DNA of 64,000 nt from Psammoneis japonica (Eukaryota): the NCBI GenBank assembly GCA_008632985.1, contig QPGO01000224.1, forward strand, positions 1 through 64,000, in the 5' to 3' direction. The number at the start of each line of letters is the position of its first letter. Positions within the stretch are counted from its first letter, which is position 1. The notes below the pieces were generated by a model, which saw nothing but the letters and a program-made list of their open reading frames with translations, was not told where the DNA came from and made no database searches. Below, in pieces: positions 12,184 to 24,572 of the stretch. The translations under genes were made by a program, and so were the position numbers.

Positions 12184-12967
12184 CTATGATGGCCTTCCTG
12201 CAACACTGACAAGATTGATACAATAGCGATTTCCGTTTCGGTCGGGCAAATTGTGGCCCAAATGTGTTCCATCTACAGACACGGTCTCACCCGAACCCTT
12301 GAGCACCCTGACGTTATCCCAAACAACCTTGTGAGCGCAAAAGAAGGAGAAAGAAATGAGTTAAATAGAATAAATAGAATAAAAAAGACACTCTTCCATT
12401 ACATGCAAACAGAACGCTCACTTCATCATCTCGAAAGGACGGCCACCCGTGAACTTGTGACTCAGCAATAAATTGTTCGGCGCTGCGGTTAATGGGCGCC
12501 ACAAAAAGCGGTTTACCCGTGACAGAGTCGTAAAACGTGATTGGCCCCTTGGCGTCCCGAACCACGTTTTCAAACTCGGTGCTTTCAAAGTATCCCCCCA
12601 TTTCGGCAAAATGCCGGTTAAAGTTGCAAATCTTATCGGCTAGTTTGTTGGAGACGCCGTACATTAAATCCGACTGGACCGGTTTGGTCGATGTTCCATG
12701 CTCCTTGGGAGACATGATGGATTCATCGCCCAGTCTCATTTTGCCGCCATACTCCAACGCCACTGCAGGCTGCTGGAGCAAGCTGAATCCCGCCACGGCC
12801 GCCGTTGAGGCTGCCTTGAAAAACTTTCTTCGTGAAGACGACGACGACGACGACGACTTGGTGGGATTCTTCATGTTGCAGGCAACGGTGGTCCTAGCAT
12901 TGTTTGTTGCCACGGGAGAGAATGCGCTTGCCGTTGCAGCGAAAAGGAATGGTGTCATAAACTTCAT
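12184..12967 (-). CDS. MsrB/SelR-like methionine-R-sulfoxide reductase family protein, plastid and probably thylakoid-lumen targeted; exons 12422-12967 and 12184-12327
   Basis: ASAF signal, then RR..F...AVA Tat-like signal; FYDSVTGKPLF..HGWPSF. GT-AG intron at 12328-12421. Exon 2 reads VVWDNVRVLKGSGETVSVDGTHLGHNLPDRNGNRYCINLVSVAGRPS*. Confidence 0.85.
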
Positions 12968-13587
12968 TTTGCAAAATTCGTTTATTGATTGGAAGTCTGC
13001 TGATGTGCCGGAATTTCACTGTTTTGATTTTGTTTCTTGTGAGAATGTGAATATAAGAAAATAAGAGTTTCCTTCCACTGCAGTTACTCCTGGTTGGTCT
13101 CTTGGTTCCTGACGCGTTCCTGGTGCAAGTGTCGAACAATGAGGAAAAGCAGCAACTCGCCGGCGGCAAGGCCAAGTGGCAATCCGATAATCATCGCCTG
13201 ATGACTTGGCGTTTTTCTGACACGACGGCGTTGTGGTTTTGGCGGACGTCGTGCGTTTCATTGGCAGATTTTCCACCACCCCCGCGGGATTGCAACGGAG
13301 TTGTTTTCCGTTAATATGGCGGGAAAGTTTATAATGACTTTAAGAGAGTGAGGGTTTTAATCATAATGATAAATTTATTAAGATTTTATATTAATGAAAA
13401 GTCGTTTTCACGACTGAAATCGAAAGTCACGACTGACGTCACACAACGAATGAATGAGATAAATGAGTCACATCGCATAACGCACAACAACAGCAGGAAG
13501 AGATGAGACGAGAAAACAAACGAGGCAGAACGCGACAAGTTGCCGTTGGCATCATCAGAAGGACGATACAACGTACTGATTGCGACC

Positions 13588-15510
13588 ATGAAATTCTCCT
13601 TTGTGGCATTGATACTGTCTACTCTTAGTCATGGATCCGCTTTCCAGATGAAAATGTCGGCTTCACCCGCCGTGTCGAATACTGTTCCGGACACATCCGT
13701 CAAGTCACGGACGCAACGCATCATGGAAAAGACGTCTTCGGAAGGCCAAACCGGAGGAGCGGGTGGATCTTCGACCTACGAAGCATTTTTGAGAGCCGAA
13801 CAGAATTGGCAACGACTCAAGGAGAGCACGGCTTTTTCCTATGACCCAAAGGTTCTGCGGCCCATCCAAAACGGAATCCCACCGCCACCCCAATTCGTAA
13901 CGGAGGATGGAGCCGTGGGGAACCCAAAGTGTTGGGAAAAATTGCGTGAACAAGAGGGAAAGGTTTTGGATTATGATGTTGTTGTCTGTGGAGGAACGCT
14001 TGGTATTTTCTTTGCGACTGCTTTGCAATTAAAGGGATTCAACGTGTGCGTCTTGGAGGCTGGAAAGCTTCAAGGACGTGAGCAAGAGTGGAATATATCC
14101 ATGAATGAATTGTTGGAACTCGTTGAACTTGGAGTGCTGTCGCAAGACGACATTGACGCCGCCGTCACGACAGAATTCCCGGGATGCCGTTCTGGATTCA
14201 AAAACAAAGAAGTGACTCCGTTGAAAGGCGGATACTTTGACAATGACGTTGGATACGAAACCGTCACCCCCAATGTTTTGAATTTGGGTGTTGCACCAGC
14301 AATCTTGATTGAGCGTGTCGCACAGCGATTCAAAGATTTGGGTGGCGTCGTGAAGGAACAAACGCGATTGCAGGGTGTCGTCACGTCGGAAGCGATCGGT
14401 GCCGCACTTGATTTGGGCGCAGAAGACGATCCGGTCACGGCGCGGCTCGTGATGGATTGCATGGGCAATGCGTCACCCATTTCGCGACAACAGCGATACG
14501 GGCTCAAACCAGACGGAGTGTGCTGCGTGGTTGGTTCGTGTGCAGGTGGATACAACAAGGAAACAAATTTAATAGGTGACATCATCTATACCAACACCGA
14601 AATTCAAAACAAGGGTGAAAACGGCAAACTGCAATACTTTTGGGAAGCCTTTCCGGTTGGGATTGGCCGTAATGGAAAAGAGCCAGGAACCAGCGACGTC
14701 AAGACAACCTACATGTTTACATATCTAGATGCCGACGAGAAACGCCCATCGCTCGAAACGCTCATGAACGACTACTGGGACTTGCTACCCATGTACCAAC
14801 CCTCCATTACGGATCCAGAAAAGGATTTGGACGTCAAGCGCGTCTTGTTTGCCTTCTTTCCAACGTATCAGGACTCTCCACTCAAACCGCAGTGGAGCCG
14901 TGTCCTTGCCGTCGGCGATGCTTCTGGCATTCAGAGTCCGCTGTCGTTTGGGGGCTTTGGTGCACTCACGCGTCACTTGGAGCGCATTACCAATGCCGTC
15001 TCGGAAGCGCTTGAAGAAGATTGTTTACACAAGGACGACTTGGGTGAAATCAATGCCTACACTCCCAACCTGAGCGCAGCATGGATGTTTCAAAAGGCCA
15101 TGTCGGTCCGCATGGGACAAGACGTGGACCCCAAGTTTGTAAATCGCCTCCTTGCCACCAATTTTCAGCTAATGAACGATATGGGACTGAGAACCATGAT
15201 GCCATTTTTGCAAGATGTCATTCGTTTCGATGGTTTAGTGGGAAGTTTGGCTCGTGCTTTTGTGGCAGACCCGACCTTTATGCCTCAGATCATTGCTCAT
15301 GTTGGCGTACCGCGATTGGTGGACTGGATGGGTCATGTCGGCATGATGGGACTCTACAGTGTCTTGCACGGCGTGGTGTCGCCCGTGCTGGCACCCATTG
15401 TGGATAGCGACATTCTTGACAATCCTCGAACAAAATTTCAGCTACGACGCAAAATGGAAGCGTGGAAATTCGGATCTGGAGGAGATTACATTCTTCCAAA
15501 AGAAGACTAA
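13588..15510 (+). CDS. cruP: Plastid-targeted FAD-dependent CruA/CruP-family lycopene-cyclase-like protein
   Basis: Signal peptide plus GSAF motif; YDVVVCGGTLG..GREQEWNIS; GDASGIQSPLSFGGFG; C-terminal WKFGSGGDY, typical of CruP. First ATG at 13588. Confidence 0.8.
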   Translation: MKFSFVALILSTLSHGSAFQMKMSASPAVSNTVPDTSVKSRTQRIMEKTSSEGQTGGAGGSSTYEAFLRAEQNWQRLKESTAFSYDPKVLRPIQNGIPPPPQFVTEDGAVGNPKCWEKLREQEGKVLDYDVVVCGGTLGIFFATALQLKGFNVCVLEAGKLQGREQEWNISMNELLELVELGVLSQDDIDAAVTTEFPGCRSGFKNKEVTPLKGGYFDNDVGYETVTPNVLNLGVAPAILIERVAQRFKDLGGVVKEQTRLQGVVTSEAIGAALDLGAEDDPVTARLVMDCMGNASPISRQQRYGLKPDGVCCVVGSCAGGYNKETNLIGDIIYTNTEIQNKGENGKLQYFWEAFPVGIGRNGKEPGTSDVKTTYMFTYLDADEKRPSLETLMNDYWDLLPMYQPSITDPEKDLDVKRVLFAFFPTYQDSPLKPQWSRVLAVGDASGIQSPLSFGGFGALTRHLERITNAVSEALEEDCLHKDDLGEINAYTPNLSAAWMFQKAMSVRMGQDVDPKFVNRLLATNFQLMNDMGLRTMMPFLQDVIRFDGLVGSLARAFVADPTFMPQIIAHVGVPRLVDWMGHVGMMGLYSVLHGVVSPVLAPIVDSDILDNPRTKFQLRRKMEAWKFGSGGDYILPKED

Positions 15511-15959
15511 TAATATCTTTAGTCAGCAGTGCACGTTAGTCTCTGTAGTCTACTCGAAGCTCTACTGCTCTGACCTCTGCTGCACCTGGATGTGTGTTCT
15601 ACTTGCATAAACTAATGTTAAGATCAATCTTTCACACCATCCTCGCTGACGGTGATCGGAAGAGTAGTCGTCAGGTCCGGTGACAGCATCACAGCCCGAC
15701 GATGACTACACATCTAACTATCAACCAGTGACCCCGCTAAGCAATATGTGAACTCTGTTTTCTTTGTTTCACCATGTGAAACTTAGTTGCATCGGCGAGC
15801 AGGACTATGGTGTTGCTCGAGGACGTTGGTAGTATGAAAGGAGACGTGCGAAAGTCCCAACCTTCTAAGCCACCCACGCACACGTTGAAAGTAATGCATA
15901 GAAAGAGCTTGGATTCAATGTATCATGCACTATCGATTTTTTCTACTTTCATGAACTCT

Positions 15960-16298
15960 TCATTGGTTTCCTAGCGGTACCGTCATGTTTCTTGTTTGCA
16001 AAAAGCTTGATGATGATGAACTGCGTGGTCTTGCACTGCAAACGGATGATGATGCCCTCGAATGATTATTCCAGTATCCAGCCTCCATATCATCCAAGTT
16101 ACGGCTGGTAGTGCTGGGACGTGATGGGCTCTCCTGTTCATGTCGGAAGCTCCTCTCGTACTTTTCGGCATTCTCGAGGATCTCGTTTTGTTCATACCAC
16201 TTCTTCTCAACGTACTTTCGTGTCTGCCGCACAAACGGATGATCCAGTGTCCTAGTGAACTGCGATTGTGGTGTCGTCATAAACTCGTTAGTCATCAT
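15960..16298 (-). CDS. Small hypothetical protein (112 aa)
   Basis: ATG-started ORF MMTNEF... in a gene island, downstream of a TATA-containing promoter module. No recognisable domain. Confidence 0.45.
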   Translation of the reverse strand: MMTNEFMTTPQSQFTRTLDHPFVRQTRKYVEKKWYEQNEILENAEKYERSFRHEQESPSRPSTTSRNLDDMEAGYWNNHSRASSSVCSARPRSSSSSSFLQTRNMTVPLGNQ

Positions 16299-16402
16299 GA
16301 TGAAAATTGGATCTTCTCTTGTGTGTATTGTTCCTTTCTTTTTTTTTATGCGTTGAGCGTTGAGGTGATCTCGTGATCTCGCAAATCTTATCTTGATCTT
16401 GG

Positions 16403-16680
16403 GTCGTGCCAAATCGAAACAGTGCGGCGCTGTAAAGGGGGGAAGTAACGGCCCCGTACCGTCCTCTCTGCGCGCTTTATATAGGGAACCTCAAGAGGGG
16501 AGACCAACTAATTGACAAAATTGTCCCGCGATGTCCAACTCCCCTCGCGCGAAGTCGTGAATGGCATGCAGGAATCCCATCATCACGGATTATTTCAGAG
16601 ATCTGGAAATTCTGGATTCGTGATGATTCGTGACTCACGCATCTGATCTCGTCTGTTCCAGCTTGTTCCTTCGTTGTTGT
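16403..16680 (-). promoter_or_regulatory. Duplicated upstream module, copy 1 (contains cgTGACTCAcg and tttatata)
   Basis: Blocks gccaaatcgaaa, accgtcctctctgc, aacctcaag, ccgcgatgtccaa, cccctcgc, gattcgtgactcacgcatc and gcttgttcctt are colinear with 17780-18050. Confidence 0.65.
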
Positions 16681-16925
16681 GCATATCTAAGCACAGGGAC
16701 CTCTGAGGAAATGGCACCCCTGATTCGTGTTACAAGCTTCCTTATTTCTATAGACCATGAATTTTTATATAGGGCCCTAATTGTTTACATCGTAAGTTCT
16801 CTACCCTAGGTCCTAGCTAGGCCCTACTGTCATGAAAGTCATGTTCAAACTTTTGCATTCGCCTGTCTCTCCTACACACCGAATAGTTTTTCGTAATAAA
16901 CATCCTACAACACATGCATGCGCCT

Positions 16926-17678
16926 TTACATGTTTTTGATTTTCCGCTTTGGCATGGTGAGTTCAACTACGACAATATTCAAAAGGAAACCGGCCCACAT
17001 GGTATATCCCGTCAACATGTTGTTTTCCTCTTTTTCCAACGGCGTGCCACCTTCTCGTAGACTATGATAAGTTTGATTGTAGGCAATGTAAATGATGCGC
17101 ATGGTACCTGTTCCCAGACCGGTGGCGACAAAACGACGAACCCAGGCGTAATGGTAATGACGCGTTTTGGGTGTGGCAAACCTCCAAAGTTGAATCCCGC
17201 AGATTATCCAGAATGCGCCAAACACAACCGAGGCAGAGGTAAAGGTGAAGAATTTGGCCGGTTGATTCAATGGATCCCAGTGAAAATCATTTTCACCAAA
17301 CATGCGTTCGCCCGTGAAGAACATGAGAGCAACGCCTATCATCATGATGCCAGATGTCAGCAAAAAGAGCATGCCCAACATTTCATGCGCCCGTTGAGAA
17401 CGCTTTCTGACGAAAGAAGTCGATTGCAATGCCAAGAGCAGCGTCCAAATAAAGGCGGGAAGGATATGGATATCAATGTAGGAAGAATCCTTAAGCCGTT
17501 GCAATTCATCCACAATATCCTGTAGCGGCGTATTCATTTGGTATGCCTCCATCATTTCGGCAGCATTCTCCGAAACATCGTCACCCGGGCCGTACCGCAA
17601 ATCGTAAATCTGTTTGGCATTCATCAGCAACAAGAGTGATGCAACGCTCATGTACGCTTTTCCCGCAGTCGAGCTCAT
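16926..17678 (-). CDS. Multi-pass membrane protein, DUF2306-like
   Basis: 250 aa with several TM segments; HILPAFIW..LQ..VRKR...HEMLG and HYAWVRR motifs resemble DUF2306. Confidence 0.7.
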   Translation of the reverse strand: MSSTAGKAYMSVASLLLLMNAKQIYDLRYGPGDDVSENAAEMMEAYQMNTPLQDIVDELQRLKDSSYIDIHILPAFIWTLLLALQSTSFVRKRSQRAHEMLGMLFLLTSGIMMIGVALMFFTGERMFGENDFHWDPLNQPAKFFTFTSASVVFGAFWIICGIQLWRFATPKTRHYHYAWVRRFVATGLGTGTMRIIYIAYNQTYHSLREGGTPLEKEENNMLTGYTMWAGFLLNIVVVELTMPKRKIKNM

Positions 17679-17779
17679 CTTGTCGTTGTTGCAACGCTGT
17701 CGTTGGACTCTTACCGGTACCTCTCTCTCTCTCTCTCTTGACGTGCAACGTTGGAATAAAGAAAGATGAAAGATCTGGA

Positions 17780-18050
17780 GATCGCGCCAAATCGAAAGAT
17801 CGCGGCGCGCTGCAGGGCAGGGGGGGGGGTTCGACGACCCCGTAGTCTACCGTCCTCTCTGCAAGCTGTTGCGCTCGGGAAACCTCAAGCTGCGATTTCA
17901 GATTGATTCCGCGATGTCCAAGTCCAAGCCCCCTCGCTTGAAGTGGACGGAAGAATATCAATCATCGATTTGGATTCGGGATTCGTGATTCGTGACTCAC
18001 GCATCATGAAGGAGTCAACAAAAAACTTGTTCGAGCTTGTTCCTTGGTTG
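17780..18050. promoter_or_regulatory. Duplicated upstream module, copy 2, between divergent genes
   Basis: Same ordered blocks as 16403-16680. Confidence 0.65.
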
Positions 18051-18143
18051 TGGATCTTGTGTTACAATTACTGGAACGCACCTGGTCAAACTATGACAGC
18101 AGCTTGATTCGGATCGGGCCGGTGAATGTTCCTGTGACACACC

Positions 18144-18593
18144 ATGACAAAATTGTTGGATGTGTTCTTTCTTTTCGGAGCTTTTGGTCCGCTTCCATCC
18201 ATTGTCTTGTACGTTTTCTTTCCCGCCGACACGGTGGAATTCTTTGGAGGACACGCATCGCCAACGGCCAACTTTTGGTGCTGTACCAACGCTGCATCCG
18301 ATGCCACCATTAGTTTCTTGTGCTTTTCAGCTCTTTGCAGTCGAAGCGTGCAAGTGAAACAATTGGTGGTGCGAGCCTTTGCCGTTTATGCTGTCTTTCA
18401 CTGGGGAAGCTTCTTGTGGTGGTCGATACACGGTGATGCGCAACATCCTGCGTCCATGGTGTTTGGCTATCCAGTATCTATTGTCATAAGTTTGACTGCC
18501 GTTTTGTATTGGGGCTGGCTTCGGCCTCCACAAGTGGCAATGTCACAAACGGAGTACTACGAGAATGTTAATGACTGTGCTGACCAGCTGTGA
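18144..18593 (+). CDS. Hypothetical 4-TM membrane protein (149 aa)
   Basis: ATG-started ORF with four hydrophobic segments and normal Tyr content. Confidence 0.65.
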   Translation: MTKLLDVFFLFGAFGPLPSIVLYVFFPADTVEFFGGHASPTANFWCCTNAASDATISFLCFSALCSRSVQVKQLVVRAFAVYAVFHWGSFLWWSIHGDAQHPASMVFGYPVSIVISLTAVLYWGWLRPPQVAMSQTEYYENVNDCADQL

Positions 18594-18924
18594 GGCAAAC
18601 AATAAAGTTAAAAGTATAAGATACAGATTAGATAAGGGAAAAAGTGGTAAGGACAGCGAGGTGGTGACAGTGAAGTTGCCCCCTTGGTACCCGGACCGGA
18701 GGATTTCGGTGATAGTATGTGATTTTGCTGCATCGCTGAGACGTTCGAATTGATTAGTATTTTGTTACCGTATCAGTTTAGCTGCCTTGCATATATTGGG
18801 AATGGTTGAACCCACCGCAAGAAGTAGTCAATGTCGGCCCGTCAATGTCTGTTGCGATGACGAGTAGTAAGGCAAACTATAATACTGAATGCCCGAAGAT
18901 ACATCATTGAGTGGATAATAGCTT

Positions 18925-21900
18925 TCACTTGGGGATCCTCTGCTCTTCAATGCAGGAGAAGATGTTCAACACTAGCTGCTCATACTTGCTGTCGCCTACA
19001 AAGCCCTCTGGATCCGATGCCACATGGTTGAGCATGTGATTGTTCAAGACACTCCGAAGTCGAATGAAGGGAACCCGCTGAGGAAACGTCGAAACTGAAA
19101 CAGGTACCCATTGATCTGCAATGTAGAGCCATTCATCTCTGTTGTTGGAGCTTTCTTCTGGCCATTCTTCTACTCCGTTGTCAGCCTCGTTTACGTTGCT
19201 AGTACTATCCTTTTGTTTCTGCCGCGGCATTCCAGCAGAGCTATCGCAAAACAAGGCAAGCTCCAGTGGAGAAGCTGCTGTAGTGACGTGCAAATAAGGC
19301 ATCTTTGTGGTTCTCAGTTCGTTGTACAAGTACCAGTGAGTGCGATGGCCATTGTCGAAATTGACTGAAGCAGGATGCATTCTAGCTGCCGGGTGCGCTG
19401 TATCCCTCGTTGCAAACTCGCCTTTTCCAGCAATCAAATGAGCGATATGAGGTGTCGCCCCGCAAATCAGTGCGGCCTGCGCTGCAACACGACTGTTGTT
19501 GGAATTGAAAACTTCCCAATCAGTCGACGACGGCAAATGATCTTTCATTGACTGCTCCAACTGTCGCCTGACTCGCAATATTTGCTCAAAGATGAGTCTC
19601 GCCGGGTCCATCTTTCGTTGCTCTTTTTCTTTTGCAATGTATGAGTCGACAGCAAGGAGTCTCACTACCACATCACTGCAAATTTTGTCCTTGCCAAAAG
19701 AGTTGTGACGAGTATCCTTCGAAGGTCGTTTACCAATATTAAAGGCCTTGGGGACAGATAGGAGAGCCGCAATTGTAAGAGCAGAGTCAATCGCGCGGAG
19801 AGCTAGCCCCAAGAAGAGCATCCTTCCAATCCGAGGCGATGCAGGTACTCCAGCAACTGCATGACCAAGACGTGTCAGGTCGACTTCCATCGACTCCAAA
19901 TCATGATGGTTACTTTGAAGTATTACAAGATTTTGCTGCGACATGGCAAAGAGTGTCTGCCTCAGTCTGAGTGGAGAAGGCGGGTCTGGTGCACCTAGAA
20001 GCAAACCCAGCGGGTTCCCCGAAGATGGATGGTACAAAGACAAAGAATGCAGAACTAACTGCGAGAGGTCCATGCGCTGCATCTCGGGGAGAGTAAAGGA
20101 AGTGAACGTTGATTCCAAGTCTTCTCGTGTGTAGAGCCGATAACAAGTTCCAGCAGACACCCGACCTGCACGCCCAGCTCGTTGCTTGGCAGATGCTTGC
20201 GAAATATCAACCGTAGCCAATTGAGATCCAACCACGGAGGTATTGGCGGCCCTGGATGATGAGTCCAAGAGAGAGTACTGTCGTTCTCGTCCCGAATCGA
20301 TGACAATCTTGACGTCTGGAATCGTTAAACTAGTCTCCGCAATGTTCGTCGAAAGGATGATCTTGGAACCAGGCTGAAAAACACGTGCTTGTTCTTTGGA
20401 CGCAACAGAAGAATGCAAAATGCAAACTTTGGCTGGATTTAGATTGTTCTGCTTTCTCTTTTGAATGCGCCTGCTGACAGATTTGATCTCATCCATACCA
20501 GGCAAGAAGCACAGAATAGATCCTTTGCCCAAGCTTCCGTCTTGAAGTAATTGAAGAATCAATTCAGCGCACGCTTGGCAGAGATCTTCGTCAAGGTCAT
20601 CTCCTGCTTTCCTTCGTACCTTTTGCAGCCAATTCAATTTCCTAGGGAACCCACGATCTCCGACATGGACAATGTCGATTGGGAAACGACGAACATCCGG
20701 CACATCCACAACGGCCACTTTACCATTCTCATCAAAGTATGTTTCCCACTGGTAAGTCTCCAATGTTGCACTCATCAGAGCGATATGAAGAGGCTGTAAG
20801 GTGGGATGATTACGTCGATGTGCTTGCGCTTGCTTGGCTAGAGCGAGCAATAAATCAATGTCTGCGTTTCTTTCATGCACTTCGTCAATAACCAGGTGAG
20901 TAATACCACTGAGCAAAGGATCTTGCGCGGCTCTTCGAAGAATGACACCCGGAGTCTCAAAGTCGATAGACTTTTCATTGGAGGAGGACGGCTTGGACTC
21001 GAATCGAATCGAGTATCCAATGGGGCATCCGGGTTGACCAAGTGTAAAATCTTGCTCAAACGCCACTCGGCGAGCTGCAGCTTGACAAGCAAGTCGGCGT
21101 GGCTGAGCAACCACAATCTTTTGACAAGTTTCGTCAAAAAGACTAAGCATCAAGGGATAACGAGTTGTTTTCCCACTTCCTGTACCACCACGAACAATCG
21201 TAACGACAGTGTCGTCATCGCAAGGGATTTGCTTCTCCACCTGATCTATAGGCAGCGACAATTTCTTTTGGTGTGATCGAAAGGAGGCAATTCGTCGTTT
21301 CAGCGCTTTCTCGCTCCGCTGCAACGACTTTTGGTCGTGATTGCGCATATTGTGCCGCAATATGCTAGAGAATGGACTTGTTCTTTCAGGATTCTTCGTG
21401 TCAGGTGCTTCCGATAAAATGTCATCCACAAGCTGTTTGATATCCCCAAAGCGATGCTTTGGTAGCCGAACAAACAGTTTGGCCATTCCAAAGGAGTCAA
21501 CTCGTGTTTGAAGCATATCGATAATTTCCGAAACCTTACTGTTTGAGTGTTGCCTACTCACGTCCTTGCCGATCTTTTCCAAGGCGACTAGTTCCGCATC
21601 GGCCTTGCTCAAATTGAACAATTTTTATCGATCAATCCCGTAATACCCTTTATTTTTCCCGACCCCATAATGTTGGCCCAATTCTGAATCGCACTATAAT
21701 CTCGGTGATTGGAATGGTGTTGTACTTGTGGCAACTTTTCTTTGCACGACAACGTCATGGCCCTTGCCCCCAACAAGGCCATGGGATTCTCGCGCACTGC
21801 ATGAGAAAATATGATTCTTCCCTTGCGATCCGAAGCTTCCGGAAATTGTACATCCATGGGTAAATTGAGCCACGAGACGCCTTGAATCTGTCGTGACACG

Positions 21901-22318
21901 GGCGTGGCTTTGAGAGCGCCTTGTTTTTGCTTGATTTCTTCTTGATATTCCGCCAAGACGTTTGGCAATCGCCACGCTGAATGTCAAGGGCCTCTTCGAT
22001 TCGATGAATCACTTCCAGCGCCGCCAAGGATTTGGCAAATTGCTTGTTGGTGTCTCGGCCACTCCCAAAGACCGTGTCTCCGTTTCGCGAGTATTCAAAC
22101 AAGTACATGTTGTTTTTCTCGTCAGCCTCTTGCATAAATTTGGGCACTCGAAAGCGGAGATTAAAGTAATGCCATCGACGCTTGGTAGTTCCACTTGCTT
22201 TATATTCATAATGAGGATCGGGTAATTGACAAACCCGAGCAAAATCATTCAAGAGTGCAATCGCTTCGAGGCGGCCTTTTTTGCTGGCTTTGGTGAGCAT
22301 GTCCTTTGTGAGAATCAT
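18925..22318 (-). CDS. DEAH/RHA-box RNA helicase with N-terminal dsRBD-like domain (DHX9/DHX30/DHX36-like); two apparent frameshifts near 21970 and 21625
   Basis: GGTGSGKTT, QPRRLA, DEVH, MSAT, STNIAETSLTIPD and QRAGRAGR motifs; N-terminal LLNDFA..P.YEY..GSG..KQFAKSLAA. Three ORFs overlap end to end. Confidence 0.85.
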
Positions 22319-22759
22319 TTTCTATTTCAACGACAACAAACAAACGTCTGCCTCTTCTGTGTCGTTTGGGTCGTTTATTCTGGTGAGATGTGAAGCACCA
22401 ACATTATAGAATTGTAAACAAAATAGACGCAATGATTGGAGCTATCACCCACACAAACAAACGTAGCGCACTCTGAACTTGTTGCTCATTGTCATACAAT
22501 ATCATCGACAAAAATTTCAAAATGGGTGGGTGGTGGTGCGGGCGGAGGACGGTACAAGTAGAACAGGGCTGGAGGGTGTATGGACAGACGCCAATTTTGA
22601 TCTTTGTTGGACGGACTGACGGACGGACGGACGGATGGCGCGGCGCGGCATGCGTACGTGCGGCATGCGTGCATGCACGGCAAGACAAAGTTGAAAGTGC
22701 CCGCCAAAGCAACAATGGGCAATGGGTGAACTGCTGCAGGAGCTACCGGTATGTTCCCT

Positions 22760-23340
22760 GCATGTTGAAAAGGACGGAGTTGACAACACATTCAACATTG
22801 ACTGTGTCAGTGGTCCAGCTCTGTGTCTCCCAACTCAGAACCTCTTGCCAGCAGCTTTCGAAAAAGAGCGAGTGCAAATGGACAGCTGTGAGAGAGAGGT
22901 TGATGAAGTCATCATGCCATTGATTTCTTGACATGCCCACCAACAACAACTTGTGCTGGTGGCAAAACATTTGAGAAGAAGAAGGGCAGAGAAGAAGTGG
23001 GTGTGTGCTCTTTTTCTTCATGGGGCAGCCTCCCCTCCCAGTCTTTCAAAGAGGTGTGTGGGCAGTGTCAAGAAGTTGCACAAAACTGTGATTGCACCAG
23101 CAGACCTTGCACGCACACATCATGCTCCTCTGTGCCTGCAAAGATGGTGACAAAAACAAAAAGACATCCAAAATGTCTTTTTTGAAAGCTGGCGGTGGCG
23201 GCGCTCTTGCTGCTGCGCTCTTCTTGTGGATGATGGCACATTGCTGAGCACACATGCTGACAGCGATGGCATCATTTTTCTTGAATGCAGATGAGAAGGA
23301 GCTTGCATTGGACAACCAAGGTGTTGTGGAAGAGTCTCTT
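22760..23340. other. Small TpA/CpG-depleted island (decayed repeat fragment)
   Basis: About 580 bp with essentially no TA between TA-normal flanks. Confidence 0.75.
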
Positions 23341-23578
23341 AATTCTTTTCAGATGATGTGATGCATCACCGGCAATCTAATCTGCCGGCACTTAGCACAC
23401 AAAGGATGCCTGGCGACCGACGGACAGAACGGGTGATGAAAGTCTATCGCTCCCGTTGCCACATTTTTTGATCACATTGAGCTTGGGGAGCAAGGAGCAT
23501 CATCAGCAACAACACGAATACAGAGTCAAATCATTCACTCGGCAGTGTCTCCTGCCAGTTGTGGTTTTAAAAAGCGAA

Positions 23579-24572
23579 ATGAAGCGAGCGGCAGAACGCC
23601 CTGCGGTGCCGTGTCGTCGTCGTTCTTCTCGTCAGTCACGTCGCCGTCTCCTCTAAAATGGGCCAGCTGCTGCTGCAAACCACGACAGTTGTGGAGAACT
23701 CTCATTGCTTCCACCAGAGGTTTGTCTAAGTGTCTTGGAACATGTTTCAATCAATGACTTGATTGAATTCTCTTGTGTTTCCAAACACTGTCGGGCGCTG
23801 ACTCTCAATCCGGTGTTGCCACAAGACGGATGGGGAACCTTGACGATTCCACGACATAAACCAGTGGCAACAATTCTTTCTGTATTATCAAAGGCCCAAA
23901 AACGAGGACGTCTTGATCGAATCAACAGCCTTCAAATTCGTTACCTGGAAGTGGGAGATATGGAAACAGCTACTCAATCCGAGGTTCAACATCTTTTGCG
24001 GTCGATCCGGCTGCCCACAATTACCAGATTGAGATTAAGCGCGCCTCGACTAACGTGTGGCCGTTTTGCCAATGTCCCAATTGTGTTCCTGCCTTTCTCT
24101 CCAAGATCACGCCAAACCTTGTAGATGTGCGGTTGGAAATCTCGTCCAATCGACATGCCATCAACAACTTTGCCAAAAACTGTCCGTCACTCGAATCGTT
24201 TGTTTGGAGCTACCAACGAAACATTACACTCAAGCTGGACCTTTGTGAGTTCAAGAAAGTCGCAATCTAAAGACCTTGGAACTGGATTGTACTAGATTCG
24301 ATGCAAAGGTGGATGATCGGCTCCATCCGGATCGCATTCGATTCCTCCTGCATGTGCGAGATAGTGTGGAACGTGTCAGCATCCGCGACGTTACCGGATG
24401 GTTTTACGATCCCCAGAATGCGGATGATTCGGTGGAAGAACGAATTCCAGATCAAGTCCTTGTTCGATTTGTACGAAACGCCCCTCGTCTCCAATGGTTC
24501 CGTAGTGACTTGTGTGAAAGATGCGTTGCAATGTTGAAAGCGGAACGTCCAGAAATTACTTTTGAGTTTTGA
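23579..24572 (+). pseudogene. F-box/LRR-like gene with an in-frame stop (23654) and two frameshifts
   Basis: F-box motif LSLLPPEVCLSVLEHVSINDLIEFSCVSKHCRAL; ITPNL and NCPSLE LRR-like units; C-terminus VRFVRNAPRLQWFRSDL..ERPEITF. Split over three frames. Confidence 0.7.

Noticed and set aside
18925..22318. The helicase or another local gene as the mutator enzyme
   Set aside because: No deaminase (HxE..PCxxC), methyltransferase or Y-family polymerase gene was recognised in the window. Proximity alone is not evidence.
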